A model generated the notes under the pieces. The model had not been told where the DNA came from. It saw nothing but the letters and a program-made list of their open reading frames with translations, and made no database searches. Made by a program: the position numbers and the translations under genes. This document shows, piece by piece, positions 30,001 through 41,400 of a stretch of DNA of 64,000 nucleotides. Numbering within the stretch: the stretch's first letter is position 1; every line of letters starts with the position of its first letter. The DNA is from Owenia fusiformis (lineage: Eukaryota). The stretch is from assembly GCA_903813345.2 (NCBI GenBank), contig CAIIXF020000001.1, forward strand, positions 24,800,001 to 24,864,000, in the 5' to 3' direction.

Positions 30001-31330
30001 AACTACAGCTGATGCTACAACAACAGTTGCTGATGCCCCAACGGCTGATGTTACAACAACAGTTGCTGACACAACTACAGTGGCTGACAAAACCACGGCA
30101 GATACTACAGCAGCTGATGCTACAAGTACAGTGGCTGACACAACTACAGCTGATGCTACAACAACAGTTGCTGATGCAATAACGGCTGAAGTTACAACAA
30201 CTACGGCTGATGCTACAACAACAACCATTGCTGATGCAACAACGGCTGATGCTACAACAACAGTTGCTGACACAACTACAGTGGCTGACGCAACTACGAC
30301 AGATATTACAGCAGCTGATGCCACAACTATAGTTGCTTACACAACTACAGCTTATGCAACAACTGCAACAACAGTTGCTGATGCAACAACAGCTGTTGTT
30401 AAAACGACAGCTGCTGAGACAACTACATTGCATGACATAACAACGGCAGATTCTACAGCAGCTAATGATGCAACTACAGTGGCTGTCACAACTACAGCTG
30501 ATGCTACAACAACAGTTGCTGATGCAGCAACAGCTGATGTTACAACATCAGTTGGTGACACAACTACAGTGGCTGACACAACTACAGCTGATGCTACAAC
30601 TTCAGTTGCTGATGCAGCAACAGCTAATGTTACAACAACAATTGCTGACACAACTACAGTTCCTGACGCATTTACAGCTTATGCGACAACAACAGTTGCT
30701 GATGTAACAACATCTGATGTTACGACATTGAAAGATAGTACTGATGTTTCAGCAACAGTTGCTGATACAGCAACAGTTGCTAATGCAACAACGGCTGATG
30801 TTACAGCAACAGTAGCTGACACGACTACAGTGGCTAACGCAACTACGGCATATACAGCAGCTGATGCTACAACTTCAGTGGCTGACAGATCTACAATTGA
30901 TGCTACAACAACAGTTACTGAAGGAACCACGGCTGAAGTTACAACAACATTAGCTGACACAACTACAGTGGCTGCAACAACTACGGCAGATACTACAGGA
31001 GCTGATACTAAAGCTACAATTGCTGATACAACTACAACTAATGGTACAACAGCTGCTTATGCAACAACGGCTGAAGTTACAACAATAGTTGCTGACACAA
31101 CTACAGAAGATGTCACGTCTACGGCAGATACTACAGGAGCTGATACTAAAGCTACAGTTGCTGATACAACTACAACTAATGGTACAACAGCTGCTTATGC
31201 AACAACGGCTGAAGTTACAACAATAGTTGCTGACACAACTACAGAAGATGTCACGTCTACGGCAGATACTACAGCAGCTGGTGCTACAACTTCAATGGAT
31301 GACACAGCTAAAATGTCTGACGCAACTACG
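1..31330 (+). repeat. Coding tandem array, 141-bp / 47-aa unit ADTTTV-ADATT-ADTTA-ADATTTV-ADTTT-ADATTTV-ADATT-ADVTTTV, roughly 215-220 unit equivalents
   Basis: Periodicity read directly from the DNA and protein. Consensus unit is 21 T, 13 A, 8 D, 5 V. Units degenerate progressively from about 23.5 kb and strongly after about 30.2 kb. Confidence 0.97.
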
Positions 31331-31609
31331 ACAATCCTTTATGCAACAACAGTTGTTGATACTATTACCCCAATTTCAACTGCAGTTGCTGATAGAACAA
31401 CCACTGAAACAACAACAATTGGTGATTCAGCAAGCCCTGGTTTAACAGTTATGGATACCACTACCACTCATACTACAACCGAAGTATCCCGATTGATAGG
31501 AGTAATCCGTATTACTCATTATAATGGCTATACTGCCATGTTCAATTCCAGCCTTAGTAATGTATCAACGCCATTTTACCAAGGTTTACAAGCTGAAACT
31601 TGCCTTGAG
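2..31609 (+). CDS. Giant coding exon (5'-partial) of a transmembrane mucin: Thr/Ala/Asp/Val tandem repeat followed by the N-terminal half of SEA domain 1
   Basis: Stop-free frame from the window start. It ends ...RLIGVIRITHYNGYTAMFNSSLSNVSTPFYQGLQAETCLE at donor GAG|gtaaat (31609/31610, phase 0). The 'M' at position 14 is an internal GTG, not a start codon. Confidence 0.92.
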
Positions 31610-32032
31610 GTAAATGTTATTATTACTTTAAATACATGGTACTATATTTTAATTAGTTATATTACACAGTTTATATGATGATGATGTAAATACAGAAACA
31701 AAAGTGCACATATAAAAGTACGATACTTGAAATATTTAATTAACATTGGAAAGAGACGATAGACTATAATAAATATCCTAATTATTTTCACAGGACAACA
31801 TTTGACATTGCACTTTGCAGCACATTTTACAGTTTGATAAGTTACTCTAAATTATTGAGGCTACTTTCGCTTGAAGAAGACAATGTTTCCGATTCTGAAT
31901 CGTCCTTTTCTTTAGGTTATACATTATAATTATACTGTTTAACGTACAAATCCAAGCCCTTTAGTTTTATATTAACGTGGAAATATTAATAACTACAACA
32001 GCGATTCTACATTTTATTTTCTATCTTTTCAG

Positions 32033-32252
32033 ATTGATACAGCATTTTTGGCTTCATCGTTGGCATCAATGTATATTTCTTGTGAAATTATTGGATTTTC
32101 ATCAGGAAGCATTATTGCGAGCTTTATTTTAACCTTTCAACACAGCACCGATGTTATCATTCACTCGAGCTTGGTCCAGCGTGAACTTAGATCTAGCATT
32201 GCTACAACGACCACAACAGTTGTGTTTGAGGGGCATTCCGCATTAATATCAG
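32033..32252 (+). CDS. Mucin exon: C-terminal half of SEA domain 1
   Basis: Acceptor ttttcag|ATT, donor TCAG|gtaaat. 220 nt, phase 0 to 1. Reads IDTAFLASSLASMYISCEIIGFSSGSIIASFILTF..., which contains a GSII motif. Confidence 0.88.
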
Positions 32253-32594
32253 GTAAATGTCACTATAAATGTTCATTTTAAGCCAAAAAGTATCATTTTT
32301 GTTCACCGTACTTCAGATTCCACGGTAAGTTATTTAATCCAGCCGCGTCCCTTCTAAAACGAGACATGACCAGTTTCAATTTCTATGACATATCAAACCA
32401 TTCTACTATTAGTAACAAGTAATGGAAACCTTTTAACAACACTTGTCAACTTTTTTAAAAGTTTTGATAACGTTTTCATATATATTAGTAATTAACAATT
32501 GAGGAGATGGACTCATAGCAAAAATCGTCCCTTTTCTTGCTAGCTTGGACTGACATAGTGTACTCTGCTATTTCAAACATAAATTATTTTTCAG

Positions 32595-33977
32595 ATATAT
32601 TCACCACTATAGATCCTAAAACGTCGAGTGTAACTGAGTCTACAACAACACCAACAGTAGCTTATATAACTAATAACACATCTATAACACCAACAAGAAC
32701 TACTGCAACATCGACAGTGGCAGGTGCTAATACCGAGTCAGAGTATACTACATCATCAACAATGGCTGGAACATCTATAAATCCATCAACACCAACACAA
32801 ACAGAAGCTGGTTCAACTACTAAGTCTATAACAACAACAAACACGCCTGGTACAACAACAAAGTACATTGCATCACCATCACTGGTTAGTACAACTACTG
32901 AGTCCACTACATTATCAACAGTGAATGGTACATCTCCCGAGTCTACTACATCACCGACAGTGACTGGTTCATCTCCCGGGTCTACTACATCACCGACAGT
33001 GACTGGTACATCTCCTGAGTCTACTACATCACCAACAGTGACTGGTACATCTAGCGAGTCTTCTACATCACCGACAGTGACTGGTACATCTCACAAGTCT
33101 ACAGCATCACCAACAATGACTGGTACATTTCCTGAGTCTACTACATCACCGACAGAGAATGATACATCTACTGCATCTACTACATCACCGAAAGTGACTG
33201 GTTCATCTCCCGAGTCTACTACATCACCAACAGTGACTGGTACATCTACTGAGTCTACTTCATCACCGGCAGTGACTGGTATATTTCCCGAGTCTACTAT
33301 ATCACCGACTGGTACATCTCCAGAGTCTACTACATCTCCCGAGTCTACTACATCACCGATAGTGACTGGTACATCGGCTGAGTCCACTACATCATCAACA
33401 GTGAGAGGTACATCTATCAAGTCTTATACAGCATCAACAGCAACTGGTACATCCACTAAATTTACTACATTATCGAGTGGTACATTTACTGAGGCTACTA
33501 CTTCACCAACAGTGAGTGGTGCAACTGCTAAGTCTTCTGCATCACCCACATTATTCGGTACATCTACTAAACCTACTACAACATCAACAGTGACTGGTAC
33601 ATCCACAAAGGCTTCTACAACATCAACTTTGGGTGGCACATCTGCTGGGTCTACTACGTCACCAACAGTGACAGGTACAGCTACTATAATGTCGACAGTG
33701 GCTGGTACCGTTTCTGAAAATACAAAACTCGGAACTACTTTTAAATCAACATCAATTAAAACTACTGATCCTGTTACTCGAGTGACTCTTCCAGCAACAA
33801 CTCCCAAATCTTTGGCAACAAGTATATCAACACCAAGAGCAACTTCGCCTAGTTCCACTCCTAAACCTTCCATTTGTGCTTCGATGCCCTGCATAAATGG
33901 AGGAAGGTGTGTCTCATTAGAAGACACATATAGATGTGAATGTTTAGTGGGCTTTGGAGGATCAATGTGTGAATATG
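32595..33977 (+). CDS. Mucin exon: second Pro/Thr/Ser-rich region plus EGF-like domain 1
   Basis: Acceptor tttttcag|AT, donor TATG|gtaagt, phase 1-1. Ends with CASMPCINGGRCVSLEDTYRCECLVGFGGSMCE (six-Cys EGF spacing). Confidence 0.9.
32900..33700 (+). repeat. Coding 39-bp / 13-aa tandem repeat (ESTTSPTVTGTSP), degenerating 3'
   Basis: Repeated GAGTCTACTACATCACCGACAGTGACTGGTACATCTCCC-like units. Confidence 0.9.
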
Positions 33978-34127
33978 GTAAGTCTTGTTATAGACGTTTT
34001 TGATGTATTTCAAGGTCTCGACATGTATGTGAACAGTATAAATTCACGCTTATGACGTATGTAGCTTTACCCCTTGCGCTATTAGACAACATGCTGATTC
34101 ATGATGAATTGTGTACTCTATTTTCAG

Positions 34128-34255
34128 CTCTGAACACTTATGAGGGAGAAGTTATTATTTTGAAATACGAAGGAAAAGACGCTGTGTTTACTGAAGAACT
34201 AAACAACCCTGATTCAGATGAGTTTAAAAAGTTAGCAGAAGCCGTGTGCATAGAG
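34128..34255 (+). CDS. Mucin exon: N-terminal half of SEA domain 2
   Basis: Acceptor ttttcag|CT, donor GAG|gtatt, phase 1 to 0. Reads ALNTYEGEVIILKYEGKDAVFTEELNNPDSDEFKKLAEAVCIE, a SEA-type F.EEL.NP.S.EF motif. Confidence 0.9.
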
Positions 34256-34526
34256 GTATTGTCCCGTTTACCAGTAACTTCCCAATCACTTTAAAACGAT
34301 GTTTAGGAATGGTTAAGAAGTTTCGGTCAAATATCGTTCATTATCGTTCATTTAAATGCGTTTCTTAATACAAATGAATTTAAAGAATACACTTTTTGAT
34401 TATAATTATTTAATCAATCGAAAAGTTTTTTCGTCAATAGAAGAACAATGAAAATTATACGATATTGACATCCTTAGTTCGATCTGTATCCAAAAATTAA
34501 TAATTTTTTATTTTCTGTACTCTTAG

Positions 34527-34746
34527 GTGGAAGCCGCTTATAACAAGTCTGAATATTCCTATATCTTCGTTGGTTGCAAGGTAAACTCGTTTTACAATGG
34601 CAGTATTGTAGCTGAATACACTATTGACTTCGAGGAGCAGGTAGAACTTGTATTGAATGCCACTACAGTGTTAGAGGAGATCGAACGTACACTTAACACA
34701 ACGGTGACAGATGTGGAGTTCGATATTGGATCTCTCTATATAAGTG
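34527..34746 (+). CDS. Mucin exon: C-terminal half of SEA domain 2
   Basis: Acceptor tcttag|GTG, donor AGTG|gtatgt. 220 nt, phase 0 to 1. Contains FYNGSIVAEY. Confidence 0.9.
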
Positions 34747-34895
34747 GTATGTTTACATGAAATACTTTTAACACAGTGACGTATTTTGTGTATATTATAA
34801 TCCATTGAATCCTGAACTTTCTGGAATTATGTTTGTGCTTCGTTTATATTAGGTAGAACAAATTTTTTACTTGAAAGTCTTGTTTATTTTGATAG

Positions 34896-35039
34896 ATTTT
34901 GACGAATGCGTATTAAACGATACCAACGACTGCTCCCGTTATGCCTACTGTACCAATACACATGGTAGCTTCACGTGTACATGCAATGATGACTTCAGAG
35001 ATATTCCCAATACAGATAGACCTGGTCGCCTTTGTACAG
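34896..35039 (+). CDS. Mucin exon: calcium-binding EGF domain
   Basis: Acceptor gatag|AT, donor ACAG|gtataa, phase 1-1. Reads DFDECVLNDTNDCSRYAYCTNTHGSFTCTC..., matching the D-x-D-E-C ... C-x-N-x-x-G-S-F-x-C consensus. Confidence 0.92.
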
Positions 35040-35123
35040 GTATAACATTTATTCAATTTGGCTTTATGTTCAATGATTAATTAAGCTTTTCTTACAATCC
35101 AATTTCAGATTCTCAGAGTTTAA

Positions 35124-35345
35124 GGTCAGGGTGCACTTTGATGAAATTCATGACCATGTGCTATTTTCAGATAAACATAACTCATTCCACACATCATCTA
35201 CATCTTTCATTCTTCCCCACAAAAGATGCATTAGTGTACCTAGACTATTAATTGAGGGTTGATAATTCTTCAGAATGTTTTAATAACTAGAATATTCAGT
35301 GGTTTACTTTTCAAAATTGCAAAAAATCCAAAGTGCACTCTGGCC
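35124..35345. mobile_element. Intronic Kolobok-type MITE (222 bp)
   Basis: TTAA|GGTCAGGGTGCACTTTG ... CAAAGTGCACTCTGGCC|TTAA: 15/17 TIR match, purine-purine termini and a TTAA target duplication. Confidence 0.75.
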
Positions 35346-35429
35346 TTAAACAACGCATCATAGAAATTCAAATAATAATTTCTGATATTAGTTTATGTTC
35401 GAAATTTTAAATTTGTTGTTTTCCTTCAG

Positions 35430-36001
35430 AAAAATGCGATAGAACCCGTTGTGAAAATGGTGGCACTTGTCTGGAAAAACTTGGAGGGATACACCTGTGT
35501 AGTTGTCCGAGGGGATACTCTGGTAGAAACTGTGAAACAGTCGAGCCCATAAAAGTTACATCTGAGGTTGTAGTAGCGATTGTTGCTGGAAGTCTTGCCG
35601 TCGTTTTGATAGCTTCTATTGTTGTTATTGCAATTGCACTTGTATTAAGACATCGGGACGGCTACAAGAAGCAATCTGCAGCTGGATCAACGGCGACGTT
35701 CTCACAGCTTGCGTATGGTTCTGATAAATACTCATCAGTTGGCACCATTCGATCTAACATAACCCTACACTCGAGGTCAACATACGGACTTCAACATGCG
35801 CCTGTCAAGCCTTTAACAACATTGACGGGGCTTCCTAACGACTCGTTCAGCAGTATATCACCCATGCGACAACTGCCTCGGATAAACAGGGATATAAACA
35901 ATGCAACGGACAATGACAGGGCGCCAAGTGCGATTTGGTCTGGTATCAACTCTAAGCTATCTGGTTCTGTAACAGGGGACAGTCGCAGTCCCCAAAGTAT
36001 G
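35430..36001 (+). CDS. Mucin exon: EGF domain 3, transmembrane helix (35567-35647) and start of the cytoplasmic tail
   Basis: Acceptor ccttcag|AA, donor ATG|gtaagc, phase 1 to 0. Reads CDRTRCENGGTCLEKLGGIHLCSCPRGYSGRNCE, then VVVAIVAGSLAVVLIASIVVIAIALVL, then basic RHR. Confidence 0.92.
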
Positions 36002-36883
36002 GTAAGCATTACTTTTGGCACCACTGTGTCATTTCCCTAGATAAGTATAGAACCTGCTTGTAAATCCATCATTGATACTGTCTGTTATTCATCATCTTGT
36101 TCAACCATGAAATAAAAAAGTCATTCGAGGTATGATTTTTCAAGAATCAGAATGTGTTTATTGACCATTTATGGCCATGAATGTCGAGAGGATGTGCGAT
36201 GAAAATTGATGGATTCGGCCCAAATGAATAACCGCAACCCGATTTTGATACACGTCTAGCTTTTCATGTAGAAAATGTAGTCCATTCAAAATTTTATTAT
36301 CACGATCATTAATCTTCAATTCAGCAAACATATCACCTATCCAAACAAAACAATATTTTTTCCAGTTATCGATGTCAAGCACATACATCCCTGCTCCTAG
36401 TCTACACAGAGATACATCAATTGAACCACAAATCAGAAAGATGTGGACGGTAAGCTTTGAGTTTATTAATTACGATTCTAGTTAAGACCCGTAATGATGT
36501 GTTCGCGTTAATAGCAATAACAGACTGATATGTTTTACAACCAGATGTTTACAACAAATAATGCAGTACAACTTCATAGTACTCAGATCTTTACAAATAG
36601 CCACTAGTAAGCAATAATCAGTTCCCATTGTGTTCACACATTTTCGAAATTATGTTTATGACCAGACAATTAACACGACTGGTGGTTATGCCCGCAACGT
36701 TTCTAGTTTCATTCATTCATTAAAATCTGTGAACATTAAACTCCATAACACTTTGATATGATATTTTTTCATTTATATATCTGCTTCATACATGTATTTT
36801 GTGTTTCATTATGTGCCCCAATTCATGTATCAATCATTTAGTATTTTCCGATCTTTAAATCAGACCTTGTTTGATTTTTACAG

Positions 36884-36994
36884 GGACGCATGGCAAGAAC
36901 TGATAAACCATGGGACGGAACTAGTCGTTTTGAAGATTTTTCATCAACTTTTTCTGATTCTGGGGCTTCTGGTAACTGGCACACTCGACCAAAT
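36884..36994 (+). CDS. Mucin exon: cytoplasmic tail
   Basis: Acceptor tttttacag|GGA, donor AAT|gtaagt. 111 nt, phase 0-0, open frame GRMARTDKPWDGTSRFEDFSSTFSDSGASGNWHTRPN. Confidence 0.78.
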
Positions 36995-37194
36995 GTAAGT
37001 CATTGAAGTCACGTGACAACATCCATCTCTAAAACTGCCATTAGGACATTATAACATAAAATAGTAGAAGACTGGCACAGTTGGCTTGTTATATATCACG
37101 TTTTCATATCAAATACATGATACACTTTTATACATACCCTGATCCAATTTTGTTTTTCAATTCGTAATTCAACTCACCATCTCTTATATTTCAG

Positions 37195-37314
37195 AATTCC
37201 GAACGGGATATGCGATCGTATCGCACCTATGATGACGTCACGATGCCTAAGTCCACTGTTCCCGAGAATGAAAACAACAATACATTAGATGATATAAATA
37301 TGGACTATTTCTAA
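37195..37314 (+). CDS. Mucin terminal coding exon ending ...DDINMDYF*
   Basis: Acceptor tatttcag|AAT, phase 0. Reads NSERDMRSYRTYDDVTMPKSTVPENENNNTLDDINMDYF, with TAA at 37312-37314. Confidence 0.78.
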   Translation, partial: NSERDMRSYRTYDDVTMPKSTVPENENNNTLDDINMDYF

Positions 37315-37609
37315 TAAATGGACACTAACTAATGAAACAAACAAAATAACTGATCAACATCAATTTATAGAAGATGGCTTGGTAAAATTGATTTGAATTG
37401 ACTTCTCCATTATATATATGATTAAGAGCATTAAGATAGGCACAGCTACAACTAGTTCTATGGAAAATATTGTTTTGTACAAATAGATCATGGTTTTATT
37501 TTTATACAGACAAAGTTATACTATGATATATATGATTATTTGCCATTACATGTTAAAACCTTAATATTTTTCTATTAGTAGTATAATGTTAGAATCTCAG
37601 ATTAGAACG

Positions 37610-37615
37610 AATAAA
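37610..37615 (+). terminator. Candidate polyadenylation signal for the mucin
   Basis: AATAAA about 300 nt after the stop; another AATAAA overlaps the stop at 37313-37318. The hexamer is common in AT-rich DNA. Confidence 0.3.
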
Positions 37616-38437
37616 CAGAGATTGCACTACATCCACCTCAAATGTTAATGTTAAACAATGAACATGTAAATATACCACATACGCGCCGCTCTTCTAATTT
37701 TCCAATTGTAACTTTACCGAACCATACCCTCTGAACACCAGTCGAGACTTTCTACGATTGTGTGTGAAAAGTAAATATTTCTATTACGACGTACTACTAA
37801 TATTTGGAATTTGACTTCAATTATTTAATTGAATTCTTTTCTCAAATATTTCTGCGAAAATGTTTCTCTGAAAGTAACAACGTTAATTTGGGGTGTTCAT
37901 GTACTGCAATCACGTTCCGCATTACGTATATGTATATTCTACTCAGCAAATCACAGAGCCATTGGTGTCATTCATATAGCCTTAAAAGGGCCAAGACAAG
38001 TTCTGTAGTTTTGGTGTAAGACTATGCAATTTACTTTAGTTCATTTGGTAAATCCCATATGATATATTTTCAAAGTTTCTGCGTCGATTCAGATTACAGC
38101 ATAAGCAATTTATTAAAGGAATTGGGCATTGTGACACGATGCAGCATTATTGAAACTTTTGAAAATGCATAGTAAGCTCTTAAACCTCCTCACACTGTTT
38201 ATTGAACTTCTTATTTTCGTTTTTCTTTAGAACACGATTAAACATATCACACTCGAATATACGTATAGTTCAGCATAACGTACATGTATATGACATATGT
38301 TTGTATACTGCCTCAAATCTCAAATGCTGTAACTATTATATTGATATAGGTATAATTTGGGGGGGGGATTCTTGCTGCACATATTAAAACATGTTTCAAA
38401 ATACAAATAATTCTTTACGCTCCTCGACTTTTTCCAA

Positions 38438-41400
38438 CACTGTGCAAAATGTGCGATATCTCCTGTTTTATTTCAAGAGATTTGCATAAATAGTTTGCAA
38501 ATCTGCTTAGAATCCCCTAAAATATAGTCAGATATCAAATGTTTAATACGGACAAATTTGAGTATCATACCACCTATATCAAATTATTTGATGGTATGTC
38601 AAAGAATAGGTCCCACATTATACTAATTTAAATGGAGATATGATCAGGAGATTTGCAATCTATATTAAATATCTTCTGTCTATACTCTTAAAAACTGACT
38701 ATATCTTACTATTCATACAGTACTGGATATACAGAACAGGAGATATGCAGCCTATCCTGTGCTAGAGACAGCTTATTTCAGCTTATATCAGGAGATACTC
38801 CCAAATCAGACCCCCAAAACAGGAGATACTCTAACTATACGAAATGACGTCATCAGGTCTCATTGCTTGCAGCGCTAATAAAGTAAAATCACTTATCTAG
38901 CTTATTAACCACAAGTTAAATATTTTAGCTATTAGATAAACAAATTGGAGAAGCTTATCCCCTCTCTGTTGTCTATTAATAAAGTGAATTGTCATTAAGA
39001 TAAATAACTTTGTGATTTTAACATTCAGTGAGGTAAAATGTATGTACAAAAGTTAATAAGTATTAGTTACATTCCATTGTTCAAAACTGTTTTCTATAAT
39101 TTTATATCATAGTACCCCACACAAGTACCATGAGATTAATCCATAAATTATAACAAACGGATTAATGTAAACTTGTCACGTGGATTTCTTAATAGAAACT
39201 ACTTCATCAAAGGGACTATAATCTGGTGGTTTTTCAGATTTTATAAACACATTGTTTGAGATAACTAAATTGTTTTTAACACTTATAATACATAGATAAC
39301 AGAAAACATGAATTGTGAAATATAAGAGAATACACGTTGTTTAACAAAGGGCATACAGATTGTAGGTTGTATCTGTGTAATATGGAGCCTCTGTTCTCTA
39401 ATGTAAACTCAATCTGAAGGTGAAACAATGTAGTAAAACCGAGTGGAAAACTCATTCATTAAAATAGTATCTTTCCACAGAATTGATGGATTTAATTCAA
39501 AATTTGACACAATGTTTATCATAGTGTTGGGGACATTATGCCATCAAATTTATTTAAAATAATTCATATGCAAATTATCTTTATTGGAACTTTGAACCGT
39601 CAGTCATGACGGTTCTAAGTTCCAATCCATTAACTTTAATAAACGGATCAGTTTTCAAAACTCATTACACTGAAATTTGATAATTAGGGATTAAACATTT
39701 ATGTTAGCATTTTGCTCTGACATGTCTCAAGATGTTATTTACATCATTTCCCAATACTACTCAATATTACAGAATATATGACATTTACATACATCATTCT
39801 ACAATAATATGCATTGATTCAATATCCCGAATCCCAATTACTGCTCTGTAACTTGACATTTACAATGGTGTGCATCATTTTAACAATAGTATGCATTGAT
39901 TGAATATCCCAATTATTACTCAATATTATTGTATAAAATGACATTTTAATGGTATGCATCATTCTACAATAGTGTGCATTAATTGATTTTCCCAATTACT
40001 GCTCAATATTACAGTATAAAATGACATTTGCAATGGTATGCATCATTCTACAATAATATGCATTAATGGAATTTCCCAATTACTGATCAATATTACAATG
40101 TAAAATAAAAACAATTGTATTACTGAGACCAATCTGATGTTTATCTCAGACAATCTAGATAACATAGAATATGAAGTATGAAGTATTGTGTTTCATGCGC
40201 TTGTTCTTGTATCTCTAAATGTGACATTAAATTAATGCATAAACTCTAACAAATGGATTAATATAAAACTCAATGTGAAAGAGAAACAATGTAGTACATG
40301 TAAAACCGAGAGGAAAACTTATTAAAATTAAAACAGTAACTTTCCACAGAGTTGATGGATTCAAGTTATTTCAAAATTTAACACAATGTTTATTTTAAAG
40401 AATTCATTTGCAAATTATTTTTATTGGAACTTAGAACCGTCAGTTGTGCAGAAATTAATCCATTAACTTAAGTAAACGGATTAGTTTTCAACGGATTAGT
40501 TTTTCTAATTCCACTGAAATTGAATAATTAGGGATTAAACATTTATTTTAGCATTTTGCCCTGACATGTCTCAAGATGTTATTTACATCATTTCCCGATT
40601 ACTGCTTAATATTACAGAATATATGACATTTACAATGGTATGCATCATTCTACAATAGTATGTATTGATTCAATATCCCGAATCCCAATTACTGCTCAAT
40701 ATTCAGTGTAACTTGACATTTACAATGGTGTGCATCATTTCAACAATAGTATGCATTGATTGAATATCCGAATTATTACTCAATATTATTGTATAAAATG
40801 ACATTTTAATGGTATGCATCATTCTACAATAGTTTGCATTAATTGATTTTCCCAATTACTGCTCAATATTACAGTATAAAATGACATTTACGATGGTATG
40901 CATCATTCTACAATAATATGCATTAATGGAATTTCCCAATTACTGATCAATATTACAGTGTAAAATAAAAACAAATGTATTACTGAGACCAATCTGATGT
41001 TTATCTCAGATAATCTAGATAACATAGAACATGAATTATGAAGTATTAAGTTCCATGCAATTTACTTGCATCTCTAAATGCGCCAATGAGATGTGTTATA
41101 AACTCTAACAAACGGATTAATTATCAATGTAAATTTGTCATGGTGAAATTCTAAATAGAAACAGGTTTATCGCAAAGACTAATCTAGTGTTTATCTCTGA
41201 TATTTTAAACAAATTGTTTGAGATTACTAAACTGTTTTTAACATTAAATAGCTTTTCTTGTCAGGTGTCAACAATCTGCAGAGTAAAACCGATCGAGAGG
41301 AAAACTCAATAATTAAAAAATAACTTTCCATGGAGTTGATCAATTAAATTCAAAATTTAACACAATGTTAATCATAGCATTAGAGACATTATACAATTAA

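Noticed and set aside
1-30300. Antifreeze glycoprotein resemblance (Thr-Ala-Ala)
   Set aside because: TAA occurs only about once or twice per 47 aa, with no tripeptide periodicity, and the protein is membrane-anchored.
2263-30960. Long antisense Ser/Ala/Val ORFs (up to 2237 aa) and Cys-rich ORFs
   Set aside because: The sense repeat lacks TTA, CTA and TCA codons in its consensus, so the antisense frame stays open passively. It breaks at sporadic mutations while the sense frame never does.
1-31330. CRISPR array or bacterial giant adhesin interpretation
   Set aside because: There are no unique spacers, and the frame continues through spliceosomal introns into metazoan SEA/EGF/TM exons.
51-31445. 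Dozens of Leu/Gln/Met-rich ORFs in another + frame
   Set aside because: Frame-shifted shadows of the 141-bp repeat, broken wherever GTA GCT creates TAG. No independent gene signals.
31610-31678. Hydrophobic end of the 10554-aa ORF as a TM anchor
   Set aside because: It is read-through into an AT-rich intron after a donor positioned identically to the one in SEA2.
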